Origin: Actinomycetes bacterium | GTDB taxonomy: Bacteria > Actinomycetota > Thermoleophilia > BMS3ABIN01 | DNA: 64,000 nt | NCBI GenBank assembly: GCA_021790115.1 | Contig: JAJYIM010000003.1 | Span: 16,602-80,601, forward strand | Reading direction: 5' to 3' | In this document: positions 1 to 9,917 of the stretch, one piece after another | Position numbering within the stretch: the stretch's first letter is position 1 | Layout of the letters: each line of letters starts with the position of its first letter | The notes under the pieces: model-generated | The model's database searches: none | What the model saw: the letters and a program-made list of their open reading frames with translations, nothing else | Told to the model about the DNA's origin: nothing | Translations under genes and position numbers: made by a program

Positions 1-1
1 C

Positions 2-481
2 AAGATTGCGATAAACTCAGCCGCGCTGGAGAACCCCGGCGTGATCGGCCGCTGCTCGAAGCGTTTCGGGGCGCAGTGCATCGTGGTGGCCATTGACGCC
101 AAACTGGTTCAGGCGGAGCCGGAAAAGAAGTGGGAGGCGTTCGTGCACGGGGGCCGCATCGCTACCGGCTGCGACGCTGTCCAGTGGGCAATTGAGGCGG
201 CCGGGCGGGGCGCCGGAGAAATCCTGCTCACCAGCATGGACACGGATGGCACCAAGCAGGGCTACGATATTGACCTGACGCGGGCGGTAACCACGGCCGT
301 AAATGTGCCCGTGATTGCCTCCGGCGGCGCCGGCAACCTTGACCATTTGGTCGAGGTAGTTAAAAAAGCAAATGCTGACGCCGTGCTGGCGGCCAGTATC
401 TTTCATTACGGAACTTATTCCATTGCTCAGGCCAAGGAGCACATGGCGGCCGCCGGGATACCGATGCGGCTGACAAAATAA
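2..481 (+). CDS. hisF: Imidazole glycerol phosphate synthase cyclase subunit (5' truncated by window)
   Basis: Motifs [38 protein letters not shown]; frame is open back to position 2. Confidence 0.97.
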   Translation, partial: KIAINSAALENPGVIGRCSKRFGAQCIVVAIDAKLVQAEPEKKWEAFVHGGRIATGCDAVQWAIEAAGRGAGEILLTSMDTDGTKQGYDIDLTRAVTTAVNVPVIASGGAGNLDHLVEVVKKANADAVLAASIFHYGTYSIAQAKEHMAAAGIPMRLTK

Positions 482-542
482 CAGGTTTATTACAAGCTTC
501 TCACGGTGATCGTGTTTTCCCGTCATCCGCTTTGGGTTTCCC

Positions 543-570
543 AATATCCAAAATCCACCATCCACAATCC
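543..570 (-). repeat. Heptamer tandem repeat (NNNATCC x4)
   Basis: aatatcc aaaatcc accatcc acaatcc; same family as the other GGATNNN tracts. Confidence 0.75.
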
Positions 571-597
571 GCTTTTATGGCTTTTAAAAGACGTTGC

Positions 598-687
598 TGC
601 TAGACTTGAACGAAACTGTAATTCTCAAGCTCAGTCATCTTCCAAATCGTTGAGGGTGTGGAGGGCTGTTACTGTCTGGAGGCAGCC
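598..687 (+). promoter_or_regulatory. Extended -10 promoter (TGcTAGACT) and structured metK leader
   Basis: TGCTAGACT at 598-606; alternative pairings overlap SD GGAGG (678-682). Confidence 0.4.
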
Positions 688-1941
688 ATGGCGGAAAAAA
701 ATTACCTTTTCACTTCGGAATCAGTCACTGAAGGGCACCCTGATAAAATCGCCGATCAGATATCTGACGGCGTTCTCGACGCCGTTCTTAAGGATGACCC
801 GTTCGGCCGTGTCGCGTGCGAAACTCTGGTTACAACCGGTCTGGTTGTGGTTGGCGGCGAGGTTACGACCGAGACGTATGTTGACATTCCCAGGCTGGTG
901 CGCGAAACAATTCTTGACATAGGCTACACGCGCGCCAAATATGGCTTTGACGGTGACACCTGCGGGGTAATTGTCGCCCTGGATGAGCAGTCGCCTGATA
1001 TCGCTCAAGGTGTCAACCAGGCTTTTGAGGTCCGCACTGACGCAGACGACGAAGATCCACTCGATCTTCAAGGCGCAGGTGACCAGGGCATGATGTTTGG
1101 TTATGCCTGCAATGAGACGCCTGAGCTGATGCCGATGCCGATCCTGCTGGCCCACCAGCTGGGCAAGCGGCTGGCCGAGGCGCGCAAGAGCGGCGTGCTG
1201 CCGTATCTGCGCCCCGATGGCAAGACCCAGGTCACAGTCCGTTATGAAAATGACAAACCGGTGGAAATCCAGACCGTGGTTATCTCCACGCAGCATAAAC
1301 CGAATATTGACATTGAAACGATGCTAAAGCCCGACCTGATCGAGCATGTTGTGACGCCGGTCCTGCCGGAGTCAATGTACGACCCCAAGCAGATTCAAAT
1401 TCTGGTAAACCCCACGGGAAAGTTCGTCATCGGCGGCCCCATGGGCGACTGTGGCCTCACGGGACGGAAGATAATCGTGGATACCTATGGCGGCGCCGCC
1501 CGCCATGGCGGGGGAGCTTTCTCGGGCAAGGATCCGACTAAAGTGGACCGCTCCGCCGCTTATGCCTGCCGTTACGTGGCCAAGAATATCGTGGCGGCGG
1601 GTCTGGCGGAAAAGTGCGAAGTGCAGGTGGCTTACGCGATCGGCGTCGCTCATCCTGTCTCCATCATGGTCGAATGTTTTGGCACGGAGAAGATTGCCCT
1701 GGAGAAGATGAGGGATTTGATCAAAAAGCATTTTGACCTCCGGCCGGCCGCAATTCTGCGCGACTTGGATCTGCGGCGTCCTATCTACCAAAAGACGGCT
1801 GTCTATGGCCACTTCGGTCGCCATGACCACGATTTTACCTGGGAGCGCACCGACAAGGCCGAGGTCCTGCGCAGTGATGCCGGCTTGGCTAAGGCTGCCA
1901 AGCAGAAGGAAAGAGACGCCTCGTTGCGGGCAGTGGAATAG
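688..1941 (+). CDS. metK: S-adenosylmethionine synthetase
   Basis: [35 protein letters not shown] before ATG 688. Confidence 0.99.
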   Translation: MAEKNYLFTSESVTEGHPDKIADQISDGVLDAVLKDDPFGRVACETLVTTGLVVVGGEVTTETYVDIPRLVRETILDIGYTRAKYGFDGDTCGVIVALDEQSPDIAQGVNQAFEVRTDADDEDPLDLQGAGDQGMMFGYACNETPELMPMPILLAHQLGKRLAEARKSGVLPYLRPDGKTQVTVRYENDKPVEIQTVVISTQHKPNIDIETMLKPDLIEHVVTPVLPESMYDPKQIQILVNPTGKFVIGGPMGDCGLTGRKIIVDTYGGAARHGGGAFSGKDPTKVDRSAAYACRYVAKNIVAAGLAEKCEVQVAYAIGVAHPVSIMVECFGTEKIALEKMRDLIKKHFDLRPAAILRDLDLRRPIYQKTAVYGHFGRHDHDFTWERTDKAEVLRSDAGLAKAAKQKERDASLRAVE

Positions 1942-1947
1942 TATGGC

Positions 1948-1984
1948 AGATACTGGATACCGGATGCTGGATACTGGATAAACC
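1948..1984 (+). repeat. Heptamer tandem repeat GGATNNN
   Basis: agatact ggatacc ggatgct ggatact ggataaa, just after the metK stop. Confidence 0.85.
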
Positions 1985-2141
1985 GAGAATCGGTCACCGG
2001 AAGGGCCCTATCCTTCTCGAGGTTTATGCTGAGCTTCGCGAAGCGCTCGGGATGAGAAGCCAATCATATGTTGAAATGGCGCCGGCCGGCGCCATTTTCA
2101 TGTGTGCCGTTGACGTCCGCGCCGCGGGTTATAATGATGGC

Positions 2142-4412
2142 ATGAATTCTGCTTCAGGGACTGCCGGCGTCCATATTCAGATCAAGACCCGTTCTCTGGA
2201 TAAGCCGTTCCACTATAGCGTGCCCTCTCGCCTGAGAGGCAAGTTGACGAAGGGCTCGGTAGTGCTAGTGCGGTTCGGCCGCCAGTGGGCACTGGGAATT
2301 GTGACATCGCTGGAGGTTTTACCAGGTCTGCCTCCGGCAAAGCTGGTTGATATTGAAGACATTGTAGACTATCCGGCCATCCCGGCCGCACTGATTGATC
2401 TGGCCCTTTGGATCTCCGAGTACTATTATTGCTCACCCGCTGCGGCCCTGGGGTTGACTTTGCCACCGGGTGGCTTGCCGGGCCTGAAGCGAGCTGAAAA
2501 TGGCGGTTATTTGCTGAAGGCAGCGCCGATTAAACCAAAAACCGCCAGGTTTGTACGCCTGACGGAGCCACGAGCCAATGAGGCGGGGGAGGGGAAGGCG
2601 CAGCGCCGCGTTCTGGATGTTCTTAACGATGCCGGAGATCTGCCACTGGCGGAGCTCCGCGGCCGGGCAGGGGTGAGCGCCTCGCCGGTACAGACACTGG
2701 CGCGCCGCGGACTGGTCGAGATTTACGAGACAAAAATCAGCCGCAGCTGGTCTCGCTATTACAGCGGCAAGCCGGGCGGGAGCGGGCAGGACACCGCTGA
2801 CATGAGGCCGCTTAAGCTGAACCCTCCCCAGCGGGCGGCGCTGAAGGCCATCGCCGCCCGTCTGGAAGAGCCGGATGAGCGTCAGCGGAGCCGCCCGATA
2901 CTCCTGCAAGGGGTAGCGGGAGCAGGCAAGACCGAGGTTTATATTCGTGGCATTGAGGCCGCGGTGAAACTTGGCGGATCGGCCATAATCCTGGTGCCGG
3001 AAATATCACTTACGCATCAGTTGATCAAACGCCTGCAGAGGCGGTTTGGCCTGCGCGTCGGAGTTTACCACAGCGCCCTTGGTTTCGGTGAGCGCTTTGA
3101 TGAATACTCGCGCATCCGGGCCGGAGAAGTTGACGTGGTCGTCGGCCCCCGCTCGGCTCTGTTTGCACCCCTGCCTCACTTGAAGCTGATCATTATTGAC
3201 GAGGAGAACGACAGCTCATTCAAGCAGGAAAACGACCCCCGTTACGACGCCCGCCGGGTAGCGCTGCAACGGGCACGGCTGGAGGGCGCGGTGTTGGTTT
3301 ATGGCACCGCCACTCCCAGCCTGGAGAGCTATTTCCGCGTGCGCGACCGCTACATTCTTCCGGAGCGGGCGACTGGAGCGGCGATGCCCGAGGTGGAAAT
3401 TGTTGACATGCGCAAGGAGAATGACATGGTATTCAGCCGTCGGCTGTTGGACGGCATAAACGCGGCGGTCGGCGCCGGTGAAAAGGTAATCCTGTTGCTT
3501 AACCGCCGCGGCTACGCCAGCTACCTGCAATGCAGTCATTGTGGTCATGTTTGGGAATGCGGTAACTGTGATGTTTCGTTAACTATTCATGCTCGTGCGC
3601 GAATGCTGCTCTGTCATCACTGCGGCGCCAGTGAGCCGCTGCCGCATACCTGCCCGGTTTGCGGCTCAGCCGGACTGCGGCGCTGGGGGGTGGGCACAGA
3701 ACGCCTGGAGGAAGAGCTCAGGCGCCGCTTTCCCGAAGCTCCCGTTTACCGCCTGGATGCAGACACTTCCCAGGGGTATGGCGAAGGCCCGCGCATTCTG
3801 GAAAAATTCGGCAGCCCCGGCGCCGCCGTGCTGCTGGGCACACAGATGGTGGCCAAGGGGCACCACTTTCCTGCCGTCACCCTGGCGGCAGTCATCAATG
3901 CCGATCTGGCTTTGCAGTTCCCGGAATTTAGGGCTGAAGAGCAGACTTTTGCCATTTTAATGCAGCTGGCAGGCCGCAGCGGCCGCGCCGACAAGCCGGG
4001 AAAAGTCCTGATCCAGACGTGGAATGCGGACATTGATTGTATTAAAATGGCCGCGAACCAGGCAGTTAACGAGTTTTACCAGGCAGAGCTTGAGCGCCGC
4101 CGGCGGTTGAGTTATCCGCCTTATATCAACCTGATTAACGTTATCTGTTTGTCGCGCAGTAACGGCCGGCCACGCCAGGCGGCTGAGTTTCTGAAGCAAA
4201 AGCTCGCGGCTGCCGCGGACGGGGAAAAGCTGCTGGGGCCGGCCGACTTGTTTCGCCTGCAGGGTTGGTCACGCAGTCAAATTTTGGTAAAGACATGTAA
4301 CATAGAGCGTTGCTTAGCCGCCTTCAGGCCTGTAGTCGAGAAATTCCGGCAGCCTTTTTCTGCAAAGGGAATCAGGATTGTGGTTGATGTGGATCCTCAA
4401 TGGCTGTCATGA
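2142..4412 (+). CDS. priA: Primosomal protein N' (replication restart helicase)
   Basis: Walker A GVAGAGKT, Cys-rich zinc region, GTQMVAKG, QLAGRSGR; start assumed at ATG 2142. Confidence 0.96.
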   Translation: MNSASGTAGVHIQIKTRSLDKPFHYSVPSRLRGKLTKGSVVLVRFGRQWALGIVTSLEVLPGLPPAKLVDIEDIVDYPAIPAALIDLALWISEYYYCSPAAALGLTLPPGGLPGLKRAENGGYLLKAAPIKPKTARFVRLTEPRANEAGEGKAQRRVLDVLNDAGDLPLAELRGRAGVSASPVQTLARRGLVEIYETKISRSWSRYYSGKPGGSGQDTADMRPLKLNPPQRAALKAIAARLEEPDERQRSRPILLQGVAGAGKTEVYIRGIEAAVKLGGSAIILVPEISLTHQLIKRLQRRFGLRVGVYHSALGFGERFDEYSRIRAGEVDVVVGPRSALFAPLPHLKLIIIDEENDSSFKQENDPRYDARRVALQRARLEGAVLVYGTATPSLESYFRVRDRYILPERATGAAMPEVEIVDMRKENDMVFSRRLLDGINAAVGAGEKVILLLNRRGYASYLQCSHCGHVWECGNCDVSLTIHARARMLLCHHCGASEPLPHTCPVCGSAGLRRWGVGTERLEEELRRRFPEAPVYRLDADTSQGYGEGPRILEKFGSPGAAVLLGTQMVAKGHHFPAVTLAAVINADLALQFPEFRAEEQTFAILMQLAGRSGRADKPGKVLIQTWNADIDCIKMAANQAVNEFYQAELERRRRLSYPPYINLINVICLSRSNGRPRQAAEFLKQKLAAAADGEKLLGPADLFRLQGWSRSQILVKTCNIERCLAAFRPVVEKFRQPFSAKGIRIVVDVDPQWLS

Positions 4413-4504
4413 ATATAGTCAACGGAAGGCTGAATGAAAGTAAAAGCCATCGTGGGCCCTGGATTGAAAATTTTGTTATGGCGATGTGGAAAAGGATTTA
4501 GCTA

Positions 4505-5032
4505 GTGGGGATTGATGAAAAAACCAAGGCAGCGGCCTGGCAGCAGATCAGGCAGTTCGGCGATCCGGTTTTAAAAGAAGAGTCGCGGCTGGCAAAGCCA
4601 GGCGTAGATATGCGGCAGCTGGCGGAACGCATGATCAAGATCATGTACGCGGCAGACGGCGTCGGCTTGGCGGCGCCGCAGATCGGGATCCTGCAAAAAA
4701 TCATCGTTTTCCGTTTCGGTAAAGACGAGCCCAAGGTGCTGCTAAATCCGGAGGTTACCTGGCGATCCGAAGAAGTCATCACAGAGCCGGAAGGCTGCCT
4801 CAGTCTCGCCAACCTCGCAGTCGATGTGCCTCGCGCCGCCAGCATCAAAGTCAAAGGGCAAGACCTCGATGGCGAGGAGCATGAGTATGAGCTGGAGGGC
4901 CTGCAGGCGCGCATCCTTCAGCACGAGATTGATCACTTAAACGGCGTCATGATAAACAGCCGCACCAGCAGGGAACAGCGCAAGGACCTGATGGCCCGGC
5001 TGAGACAGGTAAAACTCCCCGGCGAGCGGTAG
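4505..5032 (+). CDS. def: Peptide deformylase
   Basis: GVGLAAPQ, EGCLS, HEIDH motifs. Confidence 0.98.
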   Translation: MGIDEKTKAAAWQQIRQFGDPVLKEESRLAKPGVDMRQLAERMIKIMYAADGVGLAAPQIGILQKIIVFRFGKDEPKVLLNPEVTWRSEEVITEPEGCLSLANLAVDVPRAASIKVKGQDLDGEEHEYELEGLQARILQHEIDHLNGVMINSRTSREQRKDLMARLRQVKLPGER

Positions 5033-5037
5033 ACCTG

Positions 5038-5979
5038 GTGAAAATTGCCTTTGCCGGCACACCCCGGTTTGGCGCCCTGGTGTTGGAGGCGCTTATCGCT
5101 TCCCGCCATAAGGTCGTGGTGGTGTTCGCCCAGCCGGACCGCCCCGCCGGACGCAGCCGCCGGGTGACGCTGCCGCCGGTCAAGAAACTGGCGCTTGCTG
5201 CCGGGCTGCCCGTGGAGCAGCCGGAAAGCATCAACTCCCCAGAGGCAATTTGGCTACTGGAAAAGCTCGACGTCAATATCTTGGTCATAGCTGCTTTCGG
5301 CCAGATTCTCAAAAATGACCTGCTGGATGCCGTTCCCTGCATTAACGTGCATGGCTCGCTGCTGCCCAAGTACCGGGGCGCGGCGCCGGCGGAGCGCGCC
5401 ATTATGAATGGGGAGCGGGAAACCGGGGCATCGATCATGAAAGTCGTGCTGGCGCTTGATGCCGGCGAGGTTTTCTTAAGGAAAAAAGTCATCATTGATG
5501 ATGAGGATGATGCCGGCTCCTTATCCGAAAAAGTGGCGCGGGCCGGGGGGGTAGCGCTGGTGGAAGTGCTTGACCAGTTCGAAGCCGGCGCGCAGAAAGG
5601 TGAAGCGCAGAATGAATCAAAAGCCACTTACGCCGGGAAAATCATGCCGGCCGAGCGCCGCATCAACTGGTCTTTGCCGGCCCGCCGGATATTTAATCAA
5701 GTGAGGGCTTTATCACCACATATCGGGGCCTTTTCAAAAATCGACGGCAAAGTGTTGAAAATCTGGCGGGTTGCCCCCGCCGCCGCGACAGCGCCGTCTG
5801 AGGGCGCATCCGTGGGCGCCGCCGGCGCGGCCGTCATCGACGGGGAAAAGCTTTACATCCGATGCGGCGACGGCCTGCTTGAGATTATCGGGCTGCAGCC
5901 GGGAGACAAACGGCGCATGAGCGCCGCTGAGTTTTTACGGGGTTACAACCGGTTAATTCGTGGCGCCATACTGCGCTGA
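5038..5979 (+). CDS. fmt: Methionyl-tRNA formyltransferase
   Basis: FAGTP, QPDRPAGR, NVHGSLLPKYRGAAP; follows def. Confidence 0.97.
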   Translation: MKIAFAGTPRFGALVLEALIASRHKVVVVFAQPDRPAGRSRRVTLPPVKKLALAAGLPVEQPESINSPEAIWLLEKLDVNILVIAAFGQILKNDLLDAVPCINVHGSLLPKYRGAAPAERAIMNGERETGASIMKVVLALDAGEVFLRKKVIIDDEDDAGSLSEKVARAGGVALVEVLDQFEAGAQKGEAQNESKATYAGKIMPAERRINWSLPARRIFNQVRALSPHIGAFSKIDGKVLKIWRVAPAAATAPSEGASVGAAGAAVIDGEKLYIRCGDGLLEIIGLQPGDKRRMSAAEFLRGYNRLIRGAILR

Positions 5980-5997
5980 GCGCCGCTGATTACGGTT

Positions 5998-6006
5998 TGT
6001 TATAAT
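5998..6006 (+). promoter_or_regulatory. Extended -10 promoter for tRNA-Pro
   Basis: TGTTATAAT = TGnTATAAT, ~75 nt upstream of the tRNA. Confidence 0.6.
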
Positions 6007-6081
6007 CTTTTTCGGTACGGGGACGGGGGTTTCGGGCAACTGCCGCACCTGTTTGACCCTGAAGTGGTTTATGAATAGAGC

Positions 6082-6158
6082 CGGGGCGTGGCGCAGCTTG
6101 GTAGCGCGCTTGCTTTGGGAGCAAGAGGCCGGCGGTTCAAATCCGCCCGCCCCGACCA
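6082..6158 (+). tRNA. tRNA-Pro(TGG)
   Basis: Acceptor CGGGGCG/CGCCCCG, anticodon arm CTTGC-tt TGG ga-GCAAG, GGTTCAAATCC T-arm, encoded CCA. Confidence 0.98.
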
Positions 6159-6399
6159 GGTTTTCTTCCTTAACCTGAGAATAGTAATATTCAACTTTTG
6201 TTAACGCCGGCTTTGGGCCAGCGCGCCTTTCACCGGGCTTCCGGCAACGAAGCCGGGCCGCTAATTTTTTCCGCTTTTTGTCGATGAGCAAGCAACGTTG
6301 CAGAACAAGCGTTTGACAAGGCACACTTTGAAAAAATAACTGACCATTCAACTGAGCAGGTGCTCTGATTGCTTCAACAGACAGCTCACTTAACATCAA

Positions 6400-7261
6400 T
6401 CACTTGACGTCAATCACGACCTTGCCCTTGGGGTGAACCGTCTCCAGGAACGTCATCGCATCGCCGGCGGCATCAAGTGGGAACGTTTTTTCCACGTGCA
6501 CTTTAATGCTGTCTTCGTCCACCAGCTGCGCCAGCCTGCCCAGGCGCTCGGTAGTTATCTCAAAATGTTGATAAATGGCTCTAACCTGGTGCTTTTGCAT
6601 CAGCTCCTCGTCAGGATCTTCCAGCGAGGAAACAATCATTCCTCCCGGCTTTAAAACCTTAAGTGAGCGCCGGTAAACATCGCCGCCGACCAGGTCATAA
6701 GCTGCATCATAATCATGGATTATGTTTTCAAACCGCTGTGCTTTGAAATCAATGGCCTCGTTGGCGCCCACATCTCTTACGTAGTCAAATTCATCGGCTG
6801 CGCAGGTGACGGCCACGTAAGCGCCCTGATGCGTGGCGATCTGAACCGCAATGCTGCCGATGCCGCCGGCGCCTCCCTGGATGAGAATCTTCTTTTCCTC
6901 TGAAAGTTGAAAATACTCCGTCAGCGCCTGCACGGCCATGACGCCTGCCAGCGGCAATGCTCCGGCTTCCGTCTCGTTTATTGTTTTCGGTTTTAACGCT
7001 ACCGAACGCGGCTCGGCCAAGTCATACTTGGCGAACGACCCCGTGCCGCCGTTAAAAAATCAAGCCATGCCGTAAATCTCGTCGCCGGGGCGAAAGCCGG
7101 CCACATCCTTCCCCACCGCCGCGACTGTCCCGGCAAAGTCTCCTCCTAAAGTGGCGGGGAGCGGCGCCCCCATGCCGCCGGCGGTCCTGATTTTCCAGTC
7201 GAACGGATTAACGCCGGCTTCGTGAACTTCCACCAGCAACTTTCCAGGCGCGACGGCAGGC
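6400..7261 (-). pseudogene. MDR-family NAD(P)H:quinone oxidoreductase, disrupted
   Basis: GVNPFDWKIR, LGGDFAG, GGAGGIG, GKVVI; in-frame TGA at 7060-7062; 5' end replaced by IS sequence. Confidence 0.85.
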
Positions 7262-7517
7262 GGTAGTGCCCCTAATCCTGTGGAAAAACAAAATGGCGTA
7301 GAATTCCGGGTGAACAAAGGTCCGAAAGGACATAAACCGGAAAGGACTACGCCATGGAAAATCTTATCACGAGTACCAGCAAGACTACAGCAACCCTCGA
7401 CCTGACCCTGCTGATCCGCGGCAGGATCAGACAGTCCATCGAGAACATCCTTTATGAGGAACTGGCCATCGCCTTAGGAGCCGATAAATCCGAACGCACA
7501 GATGAGCGAAAGGGCTG
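7262..7517 (+). mobile_element. IS256-family remnant (left end plus ~54 codons of transposase N-terminus)
   Basis: ATG 7354 with SD; IENILYEELAIALGADKSERTDERKG resembles the IS256 N-terminal motif; breaks off at the cydB stop. Confidence 0.75.
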
Positions 7518-7518
7518 C

Positions 7519-8547
7519 CTAGTAAGCGTCTTCATCCTTGATTACTTCTTCTTGCAACAGGCGGCTCTTAAAGACCCCGTAAACCCAGAGCTGGTAGCCA
7601 ACCACCAGTGGCATGAAGATGATCAGCGCCGCTGCAATGATCACAAGAGCGTAGGTGCTGGCGGCGGCATTGGCGATTGTAACGCTGTTGGCGCCGCTGC
7701 TCGTCGAGGGAAGCATGTTCGGATAGAGCCCGGCCAAGGCAAAAAAGACAAACACGACGATGGCGGCGGCAGATGACAAGAACGCCGCCAGGTCATTTTT
7801 AACCAGCAGAAAATATTTGTTTAAAAACACGGCGGCAACGGTAGCAAACGGAACCGCCAGCCAGGCAGGATGGTTGACATAATTGCCATAAAGTGTGGTC
7901 GCGTATCCAGTGTAAACCGCGAAAGCCGCTCCCACAAGCAGCAGCAAGTACCAGGTTCTGCCGGCCGCCGCTTCCGCCCGCCCTTTTAAATCGCCGCTCG
8001 TTTTTGCCGACAGCCACAGGGCGCCGTGATGCAAAAACAGGGCCAGGAACAACAGGCCGGCAAGCAGACTGTAGGGATTAAGAAAAGACAGCGCCGAGCC
8101 CGCAAAACCGTCACTTCCCAACGCAAGCCCCCGGAAAATATTGCCGAAGACAAGGCCAAAAAGAAAGGCGGGGGCGATACTTCCCAAAGCAAAGGCTGTA
8201 TCCCAGGCCCTGGCCCAGTGGCGGTGCTTCAGCTCGCCTCTGAAGTCGAAAACAACCCCGCGCAGGATCAGCGCCGCGACCAGAATCCCGAGCAGCGAAT
8301 AAAAACTGCTGAAAATGGAGGCGTAAGCATTAGGGAATGCCGCGAACGTGACCGCCCCGGCGGCAATCAGCCAGACCTCGTTGCCGTTCCAGACGGGGCC
8401 GATGCTGTTGATCATCAGCCGCCGCTCATCGCTGCTCCTGGCCAGAAAGGCGGAAAGCATGCCGACGCCAAAATCAAAGCCGTCCAGGGCAAAGTAGCCG
8501 GCCCAGAGAAATCCCCACAGGGCAAAGAGCAGGATCTGGAGCCTCAT
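7519..8547 (-). CDS. cydB: Cytochrome bd oxidase subunit II
   Basis: LDGFDFGVG, IGPVWNGNEVWL. Confidence 0.98.
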   Translation of the reverse strand: MRLQILLFALWGFLWAGYFALDGFDFGVGMLSAFLARSSDERRLMINSIGPVWNGNEVWLIAAGAVTFAAFPNAYASIFSSFYSLLGILVAALILRGVVFDFRGELKHRHWARAWDTAFALGSIAPAFLFGLVFGNIFRGLALGSDGFAGSALSFLNPYSLLAGLLFLALFLHHGALWLSAKTSGDLKGRAEAAAGRTWYLLLLVGAAFAVYTGYATTLYGNYVNHPAWLAVPFATVAAVFLNKYFLLVKNDLAAFLSSAAAIVVFVFFALAGLYPNMLPSTSSGANSVTIANAAASTYALVIIAAALIIFMPLVVGYQLWVYGVFKSRLLQEEVIKDEDAY

Positions 8548-9896
8548 CTTGGCCTCCGCAGTTTTTCAGGACTGATAATCCGGGCCAGGTCTTCATCCGG
8601 CCCTTTTTTGGCGAATCTGGCTAAAAGGTAAACGTCAGTTACCGTCAGGCCGGAGTATAACAGACCTAATCCAATGATTGAGGTTAAAACCTGAGCAGTT
8701 GAGACATTAGCGGAGACGCCGTTGGCGGTGCGGAAAATATGATAGACGATCCAGGGCTGGCGGCCCACTTCCGCCACCACCCAGCCCAGCTCACAGGCGG
8801 CGTAGGGGAGAGGCAATGCGGCCAGCATTATCCAGAGGAACCGCCGCCGCCGGATAAATCCGGGCTTGCGGATATAGTAAACTGCCGCCAGGCCAAGCAG
8901 CATGAACAGCAGCCCCAGACCCACCATCAGCCGGAAGCTGATAAAAACGGGAATGACGGGCGGTCTCTCGTTGACGGGTATGTCATTCATCCCGGTTACC
9001 TTGCCGTTAAGGCTGTGTGTCGCCAGCAGGCTTTCGCCCCAGGGCAGAGATAGCGTTTGGATCAAGTTTTTGTTATGGCCGGGCCAGGGGATAACCAGCA
9101 GGTTATAGTCGGCCGGCTGTTTTGTGTCCCAATAGGATTCCATTGCTGCCAACTTGGCCGGCTGTGTCTGCGCCACTTCGTAAGCGTGCTCGTCCCCGAC
9201 CAGAAAGACCAGGAAAGAACTGACGAGGCCAAAGATGGCCGCCATCTTGAATGATTTGAGGAAAAAATCACTGTGCCGCTTGAGCAAATGATAAGCGGAA
9301 ATGCCGGTGACAAAAAAGGCGGCCACCACGAAGCCGGCGAACATCGTGTGCAGGAATTTAAGCCAGCCATACGGATTTGTGAAAAAGGCCAGGAAGTCCA
9401 CCATGCGCACGCGCCCCTGGCTGATCTGCTCGCCCACCGGGTGCTGCATCCAGCTGTTGGCAAGCAGAATCCAGAGGGCGGAAAGGTTTGCCCCCAGCAC
9501 CAGCATCCAGGCGGCAAACAAGTGTGTCTTTCTGGAAACGCGGTTCCAGCCCAGCACCCAGACGCCAATGAATGATGACTCCAGGAAAAAGGTGAGCAGC
9601 GATTCGATCGCCAGCGGGGCACCAAAAACGTCCCCGGCAAAGCTGGAGAACCGGGACCAGTTCATGCCGAACTGAAACTCGAGGAAGAGGCCGGTGGCGA
9701 CGCCGAGGGCAAAGTTGATCAGAAACAGCCGGCCCCAGAATTTTGTCATCTTCAGGTAAAGGCGGCTGCCGCTGCGCACGTAGCTGGTCTCCATAATCGC
9801 CACCAGCACGGAAAGTCCCAATATCAAAGGGACAAATATGAAATGGAACATCGTGGTCAGGCCGAACTGGATCCGGCTCAGCTCCAGTGTGTTCAT
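8544..9896 (-). CDS. cydA: Cytochrome bd oxidase subunit I (short Q-loop type)
   Basis: FHFIFVP, EFQFGMNW, QPAKLAAME, AEVGRQPW. Confidence 0.98.
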   Translation of the reverse strand: MNTLELSRIQFGLTTMFHFIFVPLILGLSVLVAIMETSYVRSGSRLYLKMTKFWGRLFLINFALGVATGLFLEFQFGMNWSRFSSFAGDVFGAPLAIESLLTFFLESSFIGVWVLGWNRVSRKTHLFAAWMLVLGANLSALWILLANSWMQHPVGEQISQGRVRMVDFLAFFTNPYGWLKFLHTMFAGFVVAAFFVTGISAYHLLKRHSDFFLKSFKMAAIFGLVSSFLVFLVGDEHAYEVAQTQPAKLAAMESYWDTKQPADYNLLVIPWPGHNKNLIQTLSLPWGESLLATHSLNGKVTGMNDIPVNERPPVIPVFISFRLMVGLGLLFMLLGLAAVYYIRKPGFIRRRRFLWIMLAALPLPYAACELGWVVAEVGRQPWIVYHIFRTANGVSANVSTAQVLTSIIGLGLLYSGLTVTDVYLLARFAKKGPDEDLARIISPEKLRRPR

Positions 9897-9917
9897 CGGG
9901 CAGCGGCTTCCTCTCCG

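Noticed and set aside
2012..2058. Imperfect palindrome between metK and priA as another repeat family
   Set aside because: Single degenerate copy in this window; cannot be supported
7060..7062. In-frame TGA as selenocysteine or recoding
   Set aside because: The gene is also 5'-truncated by an IS, the site is not a catalytic Cys position and no SECIS is evident; a nonsense mutation is simpler
7354..7776. 140-aa ORF as a real protein
   Set aside because: Chimera of the transposase N-terminus and antisense cydB sequence
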